64,000 nucleotides of DNA from an uncultured Eubacteriales bacterium (GTDB taxonomy: Bacteria; Bacillota; Clostridia; Oscillospirales; CAG-272): assembly GCA_934446365.1 (NCBI GenBank), contig CAKSDZ010000003.1:72587-136586 (forward strand), read 5' to 3'. Of this stretch, positions 27,179-38,136 are shown in pieces. Below the pieces are notes generated by a model. That model was not told the origin of the DNA and searched no databases. It worked only from the letters and a program-made list of their open reading frames with translations. Each line of letters starts with the position of its first letter. The first letter of the stretch is position 1. The position numbers and the translations under genes were made by a program.

Positions 27179-28756
27179 TTATGCTTCCGCCTTTTCCGCA
27201 TTCAGCTCGGCGAGCGTTTTCATCTCATCGAGACGGGCGAAAAGCACACTTTGCTCGCCGACGGTGTTTCCGGGGCGCGTTATGCCGAACGCTGCCGCCG
27301 ATTCAAAGCGGTCATCGGGCGAGCCGATGGCGGCGAGAATTTTTTCCGCGGAATCCGGAATCGCAGGACGGAGCAGAATCGCGGCGATACGCAGGGATTC
27401 CAACAGGTTGTAGAGCACGGTTCCGAGCCGCGCTCTCTGCGCTTCGTCCTTGGCGAGCGCCCACGGTGCGGTCTCATCGATATATTTGTTGGCACGGCGC
27501 AGCAGCGTGAATACGGCGTCGAGTGCGTCCGCCGCGCGGAAGGTATCCATGTTTGCGGTAAAATTCGCATAGGCATCCGCAGCCGCGGCTTTGAGTTCCG
27601 CATCCGGCCCTTCGTCGCCCGCAGGAGAGGGAATCACGCCGTCAAAATATTTTTTCGTCATCGCCACCGTGCGGGAGACAAGGTTGCCGAGCGTGTTGGC
27701 GAGATCGGTGTTGTAGCGCGCGATGAAGTTCTCATAGGTGATGGTGCCGTCGTTCTGATACGGCATTTCGGAAAGCAGGTAATAACGCACGCCGTCGAGG
27801 CCGAACCGGCGGATGAGATCGTCCGCATAGATGACGTTTCCCTTGGATTTGGACATTTTATCCGAGCCGAAAAGCAGCCACGGATGCCCGAAGATCTGCT
27901 TCGGAAGCGGCTCGCCCAAAGCCATCAGGAAAATCGGCCAGTAAAGCGTGTGGAAGCGGATGATGTCCTTGCCGATTACGTGTACGTCCGCCGGCCAGTA
28001 CTTGTGGTATTGTTCGCCGCCGGATTCTCCGTCGAAGCCGAGCGCGGTAATGTAGTTCGTCAGCGCGTCGAGCCAAACGTAAACGACGTGCTCGGGGTCG
28101 AAATCGACCGGAATCCCCCATTTGAAGGAGGAACGGGAAACGCAGAGGTCTTGCAGCCCCGGCACGAGGAAATTGTTGACCATCTCTTTTTTGCGCGCTT
28201 CCGGCACGATGAAATCGGGATGCTCCTCGATATGCTTCATGAGTCTGTCCTGATATTTGCTCATCTTGAAGAAATAGGCTTCCTCGTGCTCGCGTGTGAG
28301 CGGGCGTCCGCAGTCGGGGCAGATGCCGCCCTCCGCCTGCGTATCCGTGAAAAACGATTCGCAGGGGACGCAGTACCAGCCCTCATAGGCGCTTTTGTAG
28401 ATATCGCCCTGATCGTAGAGACGTTTGAAGATTTTCTGCACGGCCTTTACATGGTAATCGTCCGTTGTGCGGATGAAGTGGTCGTAGCGGCAGCCCAGCA
28501 TATCCCAAATTTTCTTGATTTCGCCGGAGATGCCGTCCACGTATTCCTGCGGCGTGATGCCGGCTTCCCCCGCCAGCGTCTCGATTTTCTGGCCGTGCTC
28601 GTCGGTTCCGGTGCAGAAAAAGACGTCGTAGCCCTGCGCGCGCTTATAACGGGCGATTGCGTCGGAGAGCACGATCTCATAGGTGTTGCCGATATGCGGC
28701 TTGCGCGATGCATAGGCGATCGCCGTGGTGATATAATACTTTCCTTTGTTTTCCAT
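27179..28756 (-). CDS. metG: methionine--tRNA ligase (short form)
   Basis: HIGN (HIGH-type) motif, KMSKSKGN, and a Cys knuckle (CVPCE..CPDCG). Confidence 0.95.
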   Translation of the reverse strand: MENKGKYYITTAIAYASRKPHIGNTYEIVLSDAIARYKRAQGYDVFFCTGTDEHGQKIETLAGEAGITPQEYVDGISGEIKKIWDMLGCRYDHFIRTTDDYHVKAVQKIFKRLYDQGDIYKSAYEGWYCVPCESFFTDTQAEGGICPDCGRPLTREHEEAYFFKMSKYQDRLMKHIEEHPDFIVPEARKKEMVNNFLVPGLQDLCVSRSSFKWGIPVDFDPEHVVYVWLDALTNYITALGFDGESGGEQYHKYWPADVHVIGKDIIRFHTLYWPIFLMALGEPLPKQIFGHPWLLFGSDKMSKSKGNVIYADDLIRRFGLDGVRYYLLSEMPYQNDGTITYENFIARYNTDLANTLGNLVSRTVAMTKKYFDGVIPSPAGDEGPDAELKAAAADAYANFTANMDTFRAADALDAVFTLLRRANKYIDETAPWALAKDEAQRARLGTVLYNLLESLRIAAILLRPAIPDSAEKILAAIGSPDDRFESAAAFGITRPGNTVGEQSVLFARLDEMKTLAELNAEKAEA

Positions 28757-28831
28757 TGTCTTGTTATCCTTTCCAATGCGGCGGCAAATGAGCCGTGCGC
28801 ATGATTTTGTAGATTTACGGCAGATATTTCC

Positions 28832-29995
28832 TTATATTTTTCGGCCTGCGCAGAATACCGACCGGATATTCATATTCTTATCACACAGCAGAAGGTCCGC
28901 GCGCTTGCCGATATCGAGCGAGCCGCGGGAATCGTAGACGCCGACCATCTCCGCGGGCGCCTTAGTCGCGCAGACAAGCGCGTCCTCAAAGCGGATATCC
29001 GCGAATTTTGCGAGGTTTTTCACCGCGGTGAAAAGGTCGAGCGCGGAACCGACGATGGTACCGTCCGCGCGCGCCGCCTTGCCGTTTGCAAGCGTAAAGG
29101 GGATTCCGTTCATCGCGTATTCGCCGTCCGGCAGCCCCGCTGCGGGAATCGAATCGGTGATGAGGACGAATTTATCGCCCTGTCTGCGTTTTGCTTCATA
29201 GGCGATGCGGATGACCGCGGGGGAGACGTGGATGCCGTCGCAGATGAACTCCGCATAAGCGTCGGAGAAGAGCGCGGCGCCTGCGGCGCCGGGCGCCCGA
29301 TGGGAAAGCGGCGTCATCGCGTTGAAGGTATGGGTAAAGGAATTGGCTCCGTCTGAAAGCGCGCGCATTGCCGTATCGAAATCCGCATTGGTATGTCCGA
29401 TGCCGACGGTGCCGCCGCATTTGCCGAACCGCTCGCAGAACGCGCAGATCACACCGTCCGAATCCTCCTCCGGCGCGATGGTGAGGTGGGAGCGCAGCGG
29501 CAGGATGCTCTCGCAGAGCGCGCGGATTTCCGCCCAGTCGGGGCGCCGGATGGCGGAAAGCTCGTGGCAGCCCGGTTTTTTCCGGCTGATGTATGGCCCC
29601 TCGATGTGGATTCCCGCGAAATCCGCGGTGTATTCCGTCTCTTTGATTCTTTGCGCCGCGCATTTGATTTTTTCAAGTGGGGCGGTCATGACCGTCGGGA
29701 ATACGGTGGTGACGCCGGATTTCGCATAGGAAAACGAAAGCGCGGCAAGCTCTTTTTCGTCCGCTTCCATGATATCGATTCCGCTTCTGCCGTGCGTATG
29801 CACATCGATAAGTCCCGGCAGGACATATCCGCCTCCCGCGTCGATGACGGCGTCGGGGAAGAGAACGCCGCCCGTGATCCATTCGTTTTCAAAGCAGAGC
29901 GAGCCGTATTCAAAGCACCGCTTGCCGGTGTTGTAAACATAGGCGTTTTCGATTTTGGTCGTCACTTTATTTTCTCCTTTCTCAGGATGCTTCAA
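28832..29995 (-). CDS. nagA: N-acetylglucosamine-6-phosphate deacetylase
   Basis: GLIDVHTHG, HIEGPYIS, GHTNA and FNAM motifs. Confidence 0.85.
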   Translation of the reverse strand: MKHPEKGENKVTTKIENAYVYNTGKRCFEYGSLCFENEWITGGVLFPDAVIDAGGGYVLPGLIDVHTHGRSGIDIMEADEKELAALSFSYAKSGVTTVFPTVMTAPLEKIKCAAQRIKETEYTADFAGIHIEGPYISRKKPGCHELSAIRRPDWAEIRALCESILPLRSHLTIAPEEDSDGVICAFCERFGKCGGTVGIGHTNADFDTAMRALSDGANSFTHTFNAMTPLSHRAPGAAGAALFSDAYAEFICDGIHVSPAVIRIAYEAKRRQGDKFVLITDSIPAAGLPDGEYAMNGIPFTLANGKAARADGTIVGSALDLFTAVKNLAKFADIRFEDALVCATKAPAEMVGVYDSRGSLDIGKRADLLLCDKNMNIRSVFCAGRKI

Positions 29996-30891
29996 TCCTT
30001 TTTCATGACAATATTGTAAATTTCACTTTTTCCGACGCCGCGGTCGCGCGCCGCCTGCTTGATGGCGTCGCTTTTCGTCATGCCGCGGTCGGTATAGTAG
30101 CTCACGTGCTCGCGCTCCGTCAGATCCGCCCAAAAGGCGGTTTCTTTTGCTTCCTTTTCGGATGCGCCCTCGATGACGAGCACGTATTCGCCGCGCGGCG
30201 CCGTATTTTCATAATATGCCGCCGCTTCGGAAAGCGTTGTGCGCAGAATCTCCTCATTGAGCTTGGTCAGCTCCCGGCAGAGCGAGATTTTCCGGTCGCC
30301 GAGGGCTTTTTCAAGGTCGGCAAGCGTTGTCCGCAGCTTATGCGGCGCTTCGTATAGGAGGATGGTGCGCGTTTCCGATTTCAGGCGTTCGAGCGATTCG
30401 CGCCGCTCGCCTGTCGCCGTCGAGAGAAAGCCCTCAAAAACGAATTTCGCGGTAAAAAGTCCGGATACGGCGAGGGCGGATACGGCGGCGCAGGGACCGG
30501 GGACGACGGAGACGGGGATGCCGCGCTCGGCGCAGAGCCGCACGAGATCCTCGCCGGGATCGCTGACGGCGGGCATACCCGCGTCCGTGACAAGCGCACA
30601 GGCCTCGCCGTTTTGTATGCGGGCGACGATAAGCTCCCCGCGTTCGCGCTTGTTGTGCTCAAAGTAGCTGACCATCGGCTTTTTGATGCCGTAAAAGGCG
30701 AGCAGCCTGCCGGAATTGCGCGTATCCTCCGCCGCGATGAAATCGACCTCGGAAAGCACCTTGCGCGCGCGCTCGGAAAGATCGGAGAGATTGCCGATCG
30801 GCGTGCCGACGAGATACAGCGTGCCCTTTTCCGTTTTGTTTTTCTGACGGTCGGGCGGATAATAATTCTCAGGGCTTTTGATACTGCTCAT
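29992..30891 (-). CDS. rsmI: 16S rRNA (cytidine1402-2'-O)-methyltransferase
   Basis: GTLYLVGTPIGNLSDLSERA..AEDTR..TDAGMPAVSDPG, plus the C-terminal extension typical of Firmicutes. Confidence 0.9.
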   Translation of the reverse strand: MSSIKSPENYYPPDRQKNKTEKGTLYLVGTPIGNLSDLSERARKVLSEVDFIAAEDTRNSGRLLAFYGIKKPMVSYFEHNKRERGELIVARIQNGEACALVTDAGMPAVSDPGEDLVRLCAERGIPVSVVPGPCAAVSALAVSGLFTAKFVFEGFLSTATGERRESLERLKSETRTILLYEAPHKLRTTLADLEKALGDRKISLCRELTKLNEEILRTTLSEAAAYYENTAPRGEYVLVIEGASEKEAKETAFWADLTEREHVSYYTDRGMTKSDAIKQAARDRGVGKSEIYNIVMKKD

Positions 30892-31627
30892 GAAACGCTC
30901 CGTTTTCGTAAATATAGTTCATGTCGTCCGTGTAATTTTCATTTTTCTGTGCCAGTCCCGCGCGGTATATCATAAGCGGTTTTGTCAGAAAAAGTCCCGG
31001 CGCGCCTTGCTTTTTTGCCTCCAGAAGCACAAGAGAGGGCGTATGTGCCGCGGTCGGATAGACGAGGGTCATGCGCTTGGGTTCGAGATGGTTTTTCCGG
31101 CAGGCGCAGATAAGCTCCGTGAGCCTGTCCGGACGGTATACGGCGTAAAACACGCCGCCGAATTTGAGATAGTCCGCCGCTGCCGCGGCGAAATCCGTGA
31201 TATCTCCGTGGATTTCATGGCGGGAGGCGGCGTCGGCTTCGTTTTCGCTGTGCTTGCCGCAGCCTGTGGGAAGATACGGGGGATTGGCGAATACCGCGCC
31301 GAAAGCGCCGGAAAGGGAAGCGTTTCTGCGGCGGATATCTGCGCAAATCACGTCAATTTTATCGGAAAAACCGTTTTTTTCGACATTTCGGACGGCGATT
31401 TCGGCGATCGGAGCTTGAATTTCGATCGCCGTGATGTGGGAGAATTTGCCTCTTGCCGAGAGCAAAAGGGAAATGACGCCGGAACCTGCGCCGAGCTCGC
31501 ATGCCTTCTCTTTGGGCTGCCGCCGGATATAAGCGGAGAGCAGGTAGGCGTCCGTGCCGAACGCAAGTGAGCCGGGGTTTTGATATAGGGTGATGTCGTC
31601 GTTGATTTTTTCGGAGATGTCGGTCAT
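30869..31627 (-). CDS. tRNA (adenine37-N6)-methyltransferase-like SAM-dependent methyltransferase
   Basis: ELGAGSGVISL SAM motif and NPPY catalytic motif. Confidence 0.75.
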   Translation of the reverse strand: MTDISEKINDDITLYQNPGSLAFGTDAYLLSAYIRRQPKEKACELGAGSGVISLLLSARGKFSHITAIEIQAPIAEIAVRNVEKNGFSDKIDVICADIRRRNASLSGAFGAVFANPPYLPTGCGKHSENEADAASRHEIHGDITDFAAAAADYLKFGGVFYAVYRPDRLTELICACRKNHLEPKRMTLVYPTAAHTPSLVLLEAKKQGAPGLFLTKPLMIYRAGLAQKNENYTDDMNYIYENGAFHEQYQKP

Positions 31628-32418
31628 GGTTTTTTCCTCGCTGTCCGGTTTTGGCGGAAGATTTCAAAGGCGAGAATGGACGCCGCGGAGGCGGCCGAAA
31701 GCGCCGCGCCGAAGCGTCTGCCGTAATCCAGAGCGACGGTTTTATCGCATTTTTCAAGGACGGAACGGGCAATCCCGCGCTTTTCGCCGCCGATGACAAG
31801 CAGGATGGGATATCGAAGCTCCGTCTCATAGACCGAAACCGCTTCCTTTGACAGATCCGCCGCGACGACGGAATAGGCGTGTTCGTGAAAAATATCGGCG
31901 ATTTCGGAGGGCTCTCCCATCGCGATGGGGAAAAGCTCGGAGGCGCCCGCCGACGCGCGGCAGACCACGCCCGCGGCGGAGAACCAGTTGCGCATTCCGA
32001 CAAGAATACCGTCCACGCCCGCGGCATACAGCGAGCGCAGGCAATAGCCGAAATTATAAGGGTCCTCGATGCCGTCGAGCAGGACGTAAAAGCCGTCCCT
32101 TTGGATAGGCAAAGTCTCGACGGGCGGAACGGTCCGCTCCGAGCAAAGGGCGATGATGCCGCCGTGTGAGGAGCCGATGGTCATTTCATCGATGACGCCT
32201 GCGTCCGTAAATTCGACGGAGAAGCCGTGAGATGCCGCTTTCCCCTTTAAAAAAGCGAGCTCACGCGCTTTTGAATCGCGTTTTTCTCTGTCGAAAAGCA
32301 CTTTTTCAATTTTCCGGTCGTTGATGCCTGCCTCCCGCGCTTTGATAACCGCGCGCAGGGAAACCATGCCCTCCATGACGGAGGAGCTGTCGAATTTCAG
32401 GACTTCCTTTTGCATCAT
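31624..32418 (-). CDS. TrmH/SpoU family RNA 2'-O-methyltransferase
   Basis: LLDGIEDPYNFGYCLRS, LLVIGGEKRGI and ALSAASAASI motifs. Confidence 0.8.
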   Translation of the reverse strand: MMQKEVLKFDSSSVMEGMVSLRAVIKAREAGINDRKIEKVLFDREKRDSKARELAFLKGKAASHGFSVEFTDAGVIDEMTIGSSHGGIIALCSERTVPPVETLPIQRDGFYVLLDGIEDPYNFGYCLRSLYAAGVDGILVGMRNWFSAAGVVCRASAGASELFPIAMGEPSEIADIFHEHAYSVVAADLSKEAVSVYETELRYPILLVIGGEKRGIARSVLEKCDKTVALDYGRRFGAALSAASAASILAFEIFRQNRTARKKP

Positions 32419-32464
32419 TTCCTGTCCTATCCGGACGGAAAATGCGATTTATGCTGTCCGGAGG

Positions 32465-33139
32465 TTATCCTTTTCTGAAATTTTCCGCGGTGGAGAGGCG
32501 ATAGAGAATCAGCGCCAGCTCCTCGCGCGTCAATATCTGCTTCGGACGGAACGTGCCGTCCGTATATCCGATCATGATTTCAAAATCCACGAGCTTTTTC
32601 GCATTTGGCTCGAAGTATGTACTGATGGTGTCGAAGTCGGAGAAGCTTTCGCTTTTGCCGGCCGATATCGCCGCGGTGCAGAGCGCGCCGAAGATATCCG
32701 CCGTCTCCTCGCGCGTGATAAAGTCGTCCGGATGGAACACATATCCGCTTTGCAGCTTCATGAGTCCGTTTGCAAGCGCCGCGCGGATATAGGGTCGCAG
32801 CGACGTGTCGATTTCCGCTTCGTCGGCGAAGCCTATCTCCGTTTTTTCGTATTTTGACGGATTGATTCCGAGATAGGTGACGATGACCTGCGCGACTTCG
32901 CCGCGCGTCACCTCCAGCTCGGGATAGAAATAGACATTTTCCCCGATGGTATAGGTTTTCATGAGTCCAAGCTCGCAGACCTTTTGAATCGCCTCATAGG
33001 CATAGCTGTCCTCGATGTCGCACGGCGGCGTTTTTTTCGCCGAGACGAAAACGCCGGAAATTGCGGCGTATACGATGGTTAGGAGAACCGTGAGTGTGAG
33101 AAGCGCGGTGCCTGCGGCAAGAGAGATTTTTTTATTCAT
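32465..33139 (-). CDS. S-layer homology (SLH) domain protein
   Basis: N-terminal signal/anchor and three SLH-like repeats, each ending in ..TR(G/E)E.A..... Confidence 0.65.
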   Translation of the reverse strand: MNKKISLAAGTALLTLTVLLTIVYAAISGVFVSAKKTPPCDIEDSYAYEAIQKVCELGLMKTYTIGENVYFYPELEVTRGEVAQVIVTYLGINPSKYEKTEIGFADEAEIDTSLRPYIRAALANGLMKLQSGYVFHPDDFITREETADIFGALCTAAISAGKSESFSDFDTISTYFEPNAKKLVDFEIMIGYTDGTFRPKQILTREELALILYRLSTAENFRKG

Positions 33140-33237
33140 ATTTCGTCGTCCTTTCGCATATTATGTTTAATTCCACTATAACATAACAGCTGCGAAAAAA
33201 CGCTCGAAGCATGGCGGCAAAAAAGGGAAGGTTTGTG

Positions 33238-33918
33238 TTATCCGCGTCGTATTTTGCGGTTCAGTGCCATAGCCTGTCGTTTGGATTTTGCATATTTTTG
33301 AATGGTTCTTTTGATTTTCAGTCTGTCGCGGAGCCGGTAAGCCTTTCCCGTGTTCATGGCCTTTAATTTTTTGATTGCCTCCGGGAGCGAATAGATCTCT
33401 TTTTGACGGTCATAGGTGAAAGCGGCGCGCGCGGAGGTGAAGATGATAAGACTTTCCATTTTGGGCTTCGGTGTGATTTTTTCTTTTTCAAAGATGCCGG
33501 CAAGCGCTGTGATATGGCGTTCATTTTGCAGGATAGGACTTACGAAATCAAGCTCTTTTCGCTCGCCGTCCCGCATGACGGCGCTTTGATGCCATGTGTC
33601 GGAGCCCGGATTGTGGATTGTTCCGACAAGGGATTTTACCTCGATGACGGCGATTCTGCCCTTTAAAATGACGATGCAGTCGATTTCCGTATAAGCGGTG
33701 CCGTTTTTTGTCCGATAGGGAAGATATTTGTTCGATATGACGTTTGCGGCGCCGAAATGGGAGATGAGAAGCGCCGAGACCGTATCCTCCGACGCCTTGC
33801 CGTAGGAGAGGATTTTTCGCCTTGCCATGGTGCTGCTGATGAAAAGGGATAGGCGCATTAAACCATACGCCGCGAGAATGAAAACGGCGCATATGAGAAT
33901 CGGCACCAAAAATTCCAT
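33238..33918 (-). CDS. NERD domain-containing protein with N-terminal TM anchor
   Basis: EIDCIVILKGRIAVIEVKS nuclease-related-domain core. ATG 33918 follows AAGGAGA. Confidence 0.6.
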   Translation of the reverse strand: MEFLVPILICAVFILAAYGLMRLSLFISSTMARRKILSYGKASEDTVSALLISHFGAANVISNKYLPYRTKNGTAYTEIDCIVILKGRIAVIEVKSLVGTIHNPGSDTWHQSAVMRDGERKELDFVSPILQNERHITALAGIFEKEKITPKPKMESLIIFTSARAAFTYDRQKEIYSLPEAIKKLKAMNTGKAYRLRDRLKIKRTIQKYAKSKRQAMALNRKIRRG

Positions 33919-34130
33919 ATCCGTTCTCCTTTCCACAGCCGCAGCTCCGCACATGATATCCGTATGACAATCATAAAAAAGGAGCGGCGCGTTTTTTCTC
34001 ATCGTTTCGTTTGGGGCAGCACAAATTTTGCATTTACAAAATAATTATAACACAAAGATGGGGACGGTGCAAGGCATTCGGAAGAAAATACCGGATTTTC
34101 TTGCAATCCGTGAGGATAGGTGATATACTG

Positions 34131-35360
34131 ATGCAAAAGCATGATTTTTCATTTTTGACGGATCCGAAACATATAAGGGAATGTGATATTGTGGTTTCTT
34201 TGCTTTCAAAATTGTTTATCAAAAATCCCGAGCAGCTCGACACCGAGCAGCTGCGCGGGAAATACGGCGTGCTCTGCGGGATTCTCGGCATTTTCCTCAA
34301 TCTTCTTCTGTTTGCGGGAAAGCTTGCGGCGGGGATTCTCACCGGCGCGATTTCCATCACGGCCGATGCGTTCAACAACCTCTCCGATGCAGGCTCGTCC
34401 GTAATCACCCTGCTCGGCTTCCGGCTGGCCGGACACAAGGCGGATTCCGACCATCCCTTCGGGCATGGCCGCATCGAATACCTGTCGGGACTGCTGGTTT
34501 CGATTCTGATAATCCTTGTCGGCTTTGAGCTGGGAAAAAACTCCGTGGAAAAAATCATCTCTCCTGAACCCGTCGAGTTTTCCGTTTTATCGGTCGTCAT
34601 TCTTGCGGTTTCGATTGCCGTAAAGCTGTATATGGCGTTTTATAACAAGAGAGTCGGCAGGAAGCTCGCCTCTCCCGCCATGGAGGCGACGGCGCTCGAC
34701 AGCCTTTCCGATTCCGTGGCGACCGCCGCCGTGCTTGTCTGTATGCTGCTTTCCCACTTTTTCTCGCTGGAGATCGACGCATACTGCGGTCTTGCCGTAG
34801 CTGTTTTTATTCTTGTTTCCGGCATCCGTTCGGCAAAGGAAACGGTCAGTCCTCTGCTCGGTCAGCCGCCGACGCCGGAGCTGGTGGAAAAAATCGAAAC
34901 GATCGTGAAAAGTCATCCGTATGTGTGCGGAATTCATGATCTTGTCGTCCACGACTATGGGCCGGGAAGACTGATGATTTCGCTTCATGCGGAGGTTCCG
35001 GCGAGCGGCAGTCTTTTGGAGATTCATGATTCCATCGACAACGCGGAAAGGGAGCTGCGCGAGAAGCTGCGCTGCGACGCGGTAATCCATATGGACCCGA
35101 TCGAAACGGACGATGCGCTTACCAATGAGGTGCGGGAAAGGGTCGCCTCGCTTGTGCGCGGAATCGATGAGCGGATTACGATTCACGACTTCCGCATGGT
35201 GAGGGGCGCAACACATACGAATGTGATTTTTGATGCGGTGGTGCCGTATGATGTGGATTTGGGCGAAAAGGAAGCCGCAGAAAAGATTGCGGCGCTTGTG
35301 GCATCCCTTGACGGTACCTACTATGCGGCGGTGAATATCGACAAAACGACGGTGAAATAG
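34131..35360 (+). CDS. cation diffusion facilitator family transporter
   Basis: Six TM spans, ITADAFNNLSD and HPFGHGR motifs, and a C-terminal cytoplasmic domain. ATG 34131 was chosen over the upstream extension. Confidence 0.85.
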   Translation: MQKHDFSFLTDPKHIRECDIVVSLLSKLFIKNPEQLDTEQLRGKYGVLCGILGIFLNLLLFAGKLAAGILTGAISITADAFNNLSDAGSSVITLLGFRLAGHKADSDHPFGHGRIEYLSGLLVSILIILVGFELGKNSVEKIISPEPVEFSVLSVVILAVSIAVKLYMAFYNKRVGRKLASPAMEATALDSLSDSVATAAVLVCMLLSHFFSLEIDAYCGLAVAVFILVSGIRSAKETVSPLLGQPPTPELVEKIETIVKSHPYVCGIHDLVVHDYGPGRLMISLHAEVPASGSLLEIHDSIDNAERELREKLRCDAVIHMDPIETDDALTNEVRERVASLVRGIDERITIHDFRMVRGATHTNVIFDAVVPYDVDLGEKEAAEKIAALVASLDGTYYAAVNIDKTTVK

Positions 35361-35503
35361 CGTTTCATAGATTCCCTCCGTTTTGGAAAAATGGCGGGAA
35401 ATGCGTTTTATCAGAGCGTGAAAAGAGAAAAAGCCCTGTCTTTGCATGAGAGAATGCGCAGACGGGGCTTTTTATCCGCGGGAATTTCATTCTTCGCGGG
35501 GAC

Positions 35504-36667
35504 TTACTTTGTCATTTTGCGGCGGATATCCGAAAGACGGTCGAGCGCTTCGCGAAGCGTTTCATCTTTTTTTGCGAAATGGACGCGGGCATAGCGGTTT
35601 TCCTCCTCGCGGAAGAAGCTGGAGCCGGGAACCATGCCGACGCCTACCTTTCTTGCCAAGTCCTCGCAGAAAGCCATGTCGCTCGCATAGCCGAACTCCG
35701 AAATGTCGATCAGTGCGTAGTACGCGCCCTCCGGCACGGTGTGAGAAAGGCCGATATCGTCAAGCCCTTTCATGAAAAGCTCGCGCTTTGCGGTGTATTT
35801 CTCCTGCAAATCACGGTAATAATCGTCGCCGAATTCCAGTCCCGTCACCGCCGCTTCCTGCAAGGGAGCCGCCGCGCCGACGGTCAGAAAATCATGCACC
35901 TTTTTCACGGTGTCGATGATTTCGGGTCGGGCAATCACATAACCGAGCCGCCAGCCGGTGATGGAATACGTTTTGGAGAGCGAGGAACAGCAGACCGTGC
36001 GCTCCTCCATGCCGGGCAGGGAATAGAGATAGACCATCTCATGAGGACGGTAGACGATGTGCTCGTATACCTCGTCGGTGATGACGAACACGTCGTATTT
36101 TTTCGCGAGGAACGCGATGATATCAAGCTCGGCTCTCGTAAAGACCTTGCCGCAGGGATTGGAGGGATTGCAGAGAATCAGCGCCTTCGGATGCTGCCGG
36201 AACGCCTCCTCCAAAACCTCGGGATCGAAATCGAATGCCGGCGGCACAAGCGGGACGTAGATCGGCTCCGCGCCGGAAAGAATCGCGTCCGCCCCGTAAT
36301 TTTCATAAAAGGGCGAGAACACGACGACTTTATCGCCGGGGTTTGTCAGCGAGAGCATCGCCGCCATCATCGCTTCCGTGCTGCCGCAGGTCACGACGAC
36401 GTTTTTATCGGGATCGACCGGCACTCCCATGAAGCGGCTTTGCTTTGCCGCCAGTGCCCTCCGAAAGTGATCGGAACCCCATGTTACCGAATATTGATGA
36501 AAATCCTCATAGCTTACCGCGGCGAGCCGGTCGAGAATCGGTTTCGGCGGATCGAAATCGGGAAAGCCCTGGGAGAGGTTGACGGCGCCGTATTCGTTGC
36601 TGATTCTGGTCATTCGCCGGATGACCGAATCCGTAAAGCCCGCCGTGCGGTCGGATGTAATGCTCAT
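35504..36667 (-). CDS. class I/II PLP-dependent aminotransferase (YbdL/MtnE-like methionine aminotransferase type)
   Basis: NLSQGFPDF.., SLSKTYSITGWRLGY (PLP lysine). ATG 36667; the 149-aa upstream extension in the track is Arg-rich shadow sequence. Confidence 0.8.
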   Translation of the reverse strand: MSITSDRTAGFTDSVIRRMTRISNEYGAVNLSQGFPDFDPPKPILDRLAAVSYEDFHQYSVTWGSDHFRRALAAKQSRFMGVPVDPDKNVVVTCGSTEAMMAAMLSLTNPGDKVVVFSPFYENYGADAILSGAEPIYVPLVPPAFDFDPEVLEEAFRQHPKALILCNPSNPCGKVFTRAELDIIAFLAKKYDVFVITDEVYEHIVYRPHEMVYLYSLPGMEERTVCCSSLSKTYSITGWRLGYVIARPEIIDTVKKVHDFLTVGAAAPLQEAAVTGLEFGDDYYRDLQEKYTAKRELFMKGLDDIGLSHTVPEGAYYALIDISEFGYASDMAFCEDLARKVGVGMVPGSSFFREEENRYARVHFAKKDETLREALDRLSDIRRKMTK

Positions 36668-36687
36668 AGGACAAAGTATCCTTTCCG

Positions 36688-38064
36688 TTATTTGAGATAT
36701 GAAATATGATCGTTCAAAAGATGCTTGCGGTCGAGGGAATCCTTGATGCCGCGCATAAGCTCGAGATTGACCTCGGACATTTGCTCGAAGAAGTAGGGAC
36801 GCTTGGCGATGCCGATGCCATGCTCGCCGGAGGTCAGTCCGCCGAGGGAATAAGCCTTGCCGTAGATTTTTTCCATGTTGGCGTGAAGCTCTCTCGTCCA
36901 TGTCGCATCGTCGCGAGCTCCGCGCACGATGCAGAGATGCACGTTGCCGTCGCCCGCGTGACCGAAGCTCACCATCTGCATGCCGCTTTCCTTTTCCACC
37001 TTGTGGACATAGGAAATAAACTCCGCGGTGCGGTCGATCGGGACCACAAGATCCACCGGCTCCTGCTCGGAGGTGGCCTCCACTGCTTTGACAAGGCATC
37101 CGCGGATCTGCCATACCTCGGAAATCAGCTCCGGCGTATCGAGCACGATAAAGTCGGCGGCACCTGTCGCTTCCGCGACACCGCGGACACGCTCGATACC
37201 GGCGGCGACGGTGCTTTCTCCTCCGTCGAAGGTGAGCAGGATATAGGCATCGCCCTTATCGCTGGGGAAACGGATGCCCGTATAGCGTTCGCCAAGCTCC
37301 ACTACACTGCGCTCGACAAACTCGATGGCGGTGGGGCCTGCATTCGCTTTGATGACTTTCAGGACGCTGGAAATGCCGGTGCTAAGGTCGGGATAGGCGA
37401 TCAGCACAGAGCGGCTCATTTCCGGCTTCGGCAAAAGGCGCAGAATACACTTTGTGATAACGGCGAGCGTTCCCTCGGAGCCGATGATAAGGTTTTTGAG
37501 CGAAAGCCCGCTTGCATCCTTGACGTTTTTGGAGCCGACCGTCGTCACCGTGCCGTCGGCCAAAACGAGTTCAAGACCTCTGACGTAATCGCGCGTCACA
37601 CCGTATTTGACGGCGCGCATACCGCCGGCGTTGGTGGAAATATTGCCGCCGATGGTCGAGGCTTTTTCACCCGGATCGGGCGGATAAAAGAGTCCGCGCT
37701 CCTCCACATAGGCTTGAAAATCCTTTAATAAGATGCCGGGCTGTACCGTTGCGGTAAAGGTGTCGGGATCGACCTCGAGAATTTTATCCATGCGGGAAAA
37801 ATCCAAAATAATGCCGCCGCGCGGGATTGTGGAGCCGACGAGATTGGTGCCGGCGCCTCTCGGCGTGACCGGAATATCATTTTGGTAGGCATATGCCATA
37901 ACGGCACTGACCTCTTCGGTATCGGTCGGGAACACCAGCGCTCCGGCGGTTCCGCGGAGCCGTCCCAAAGAGTCGGAAAGATATTTTTCCTCGATTTCCT
38001 CTGCGGAAACGACGCGTTCGGGATCGGAAATGATGGCTTTCAATGCATTGATCATAGGATTCAC
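36688..38064 (-). CDS. FAD-binding oxidase (GlcD / D-2-hydroxyacid dehydrogenase family)
   Basis: FAD_binding_4-type N-terminus (PRGAGTNLVGS, GGNISTNAGG) and FAD-oxidase C-terminal domain (GHAGDGNVH, GEHGIG). Confidence 0.85.
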   Translation of the reverse strand: MNPMINALKAIISDPERVVSAEEIEEKYLSDSLGRLRGTAGALVFPTDTEEVSAVMAYAYQNDIPVTPRGAGTNLVGSTIPRGGIILDFSRMDKILEVDPDTFTATVQPGILLKDFQAYVEERGLFYPPDPGEKASTIGGNISTNAGGMRAVKYGVTRDYVRGLELVLADGTVTTVGSKNVKDASGLSLKNLIIGSEGTLAVITKCILRLLPKPEMSRSVLIAYPDLSTGISSVLKVIKANAGPTAIEFVERSVVELGERYTGIRFPSDKGDAYILLTFDGGESTVAAGIERVRGVAEATGAADFIVLDTPELISEVWQIRGCLVKAVEATSEQEPVDLVVPIDRTAEFISYVHKVEKESGMQMVSFGHAGDGNVHLCIVRGARDDATWTRELHANMEKIYGKAYSLGGLTSGEHGIGIAKRPYFFEQMSEVNLELMRGIKDSLDRKHLLNDHISYLK

Positions 38065-38136
38065 CGTTCTTTCATATATAGGGTTTGTTCCGGACGGCGG
38101 CAGCCGTCCGGAAAGCTTTTCTATCGTGGGTTTTTG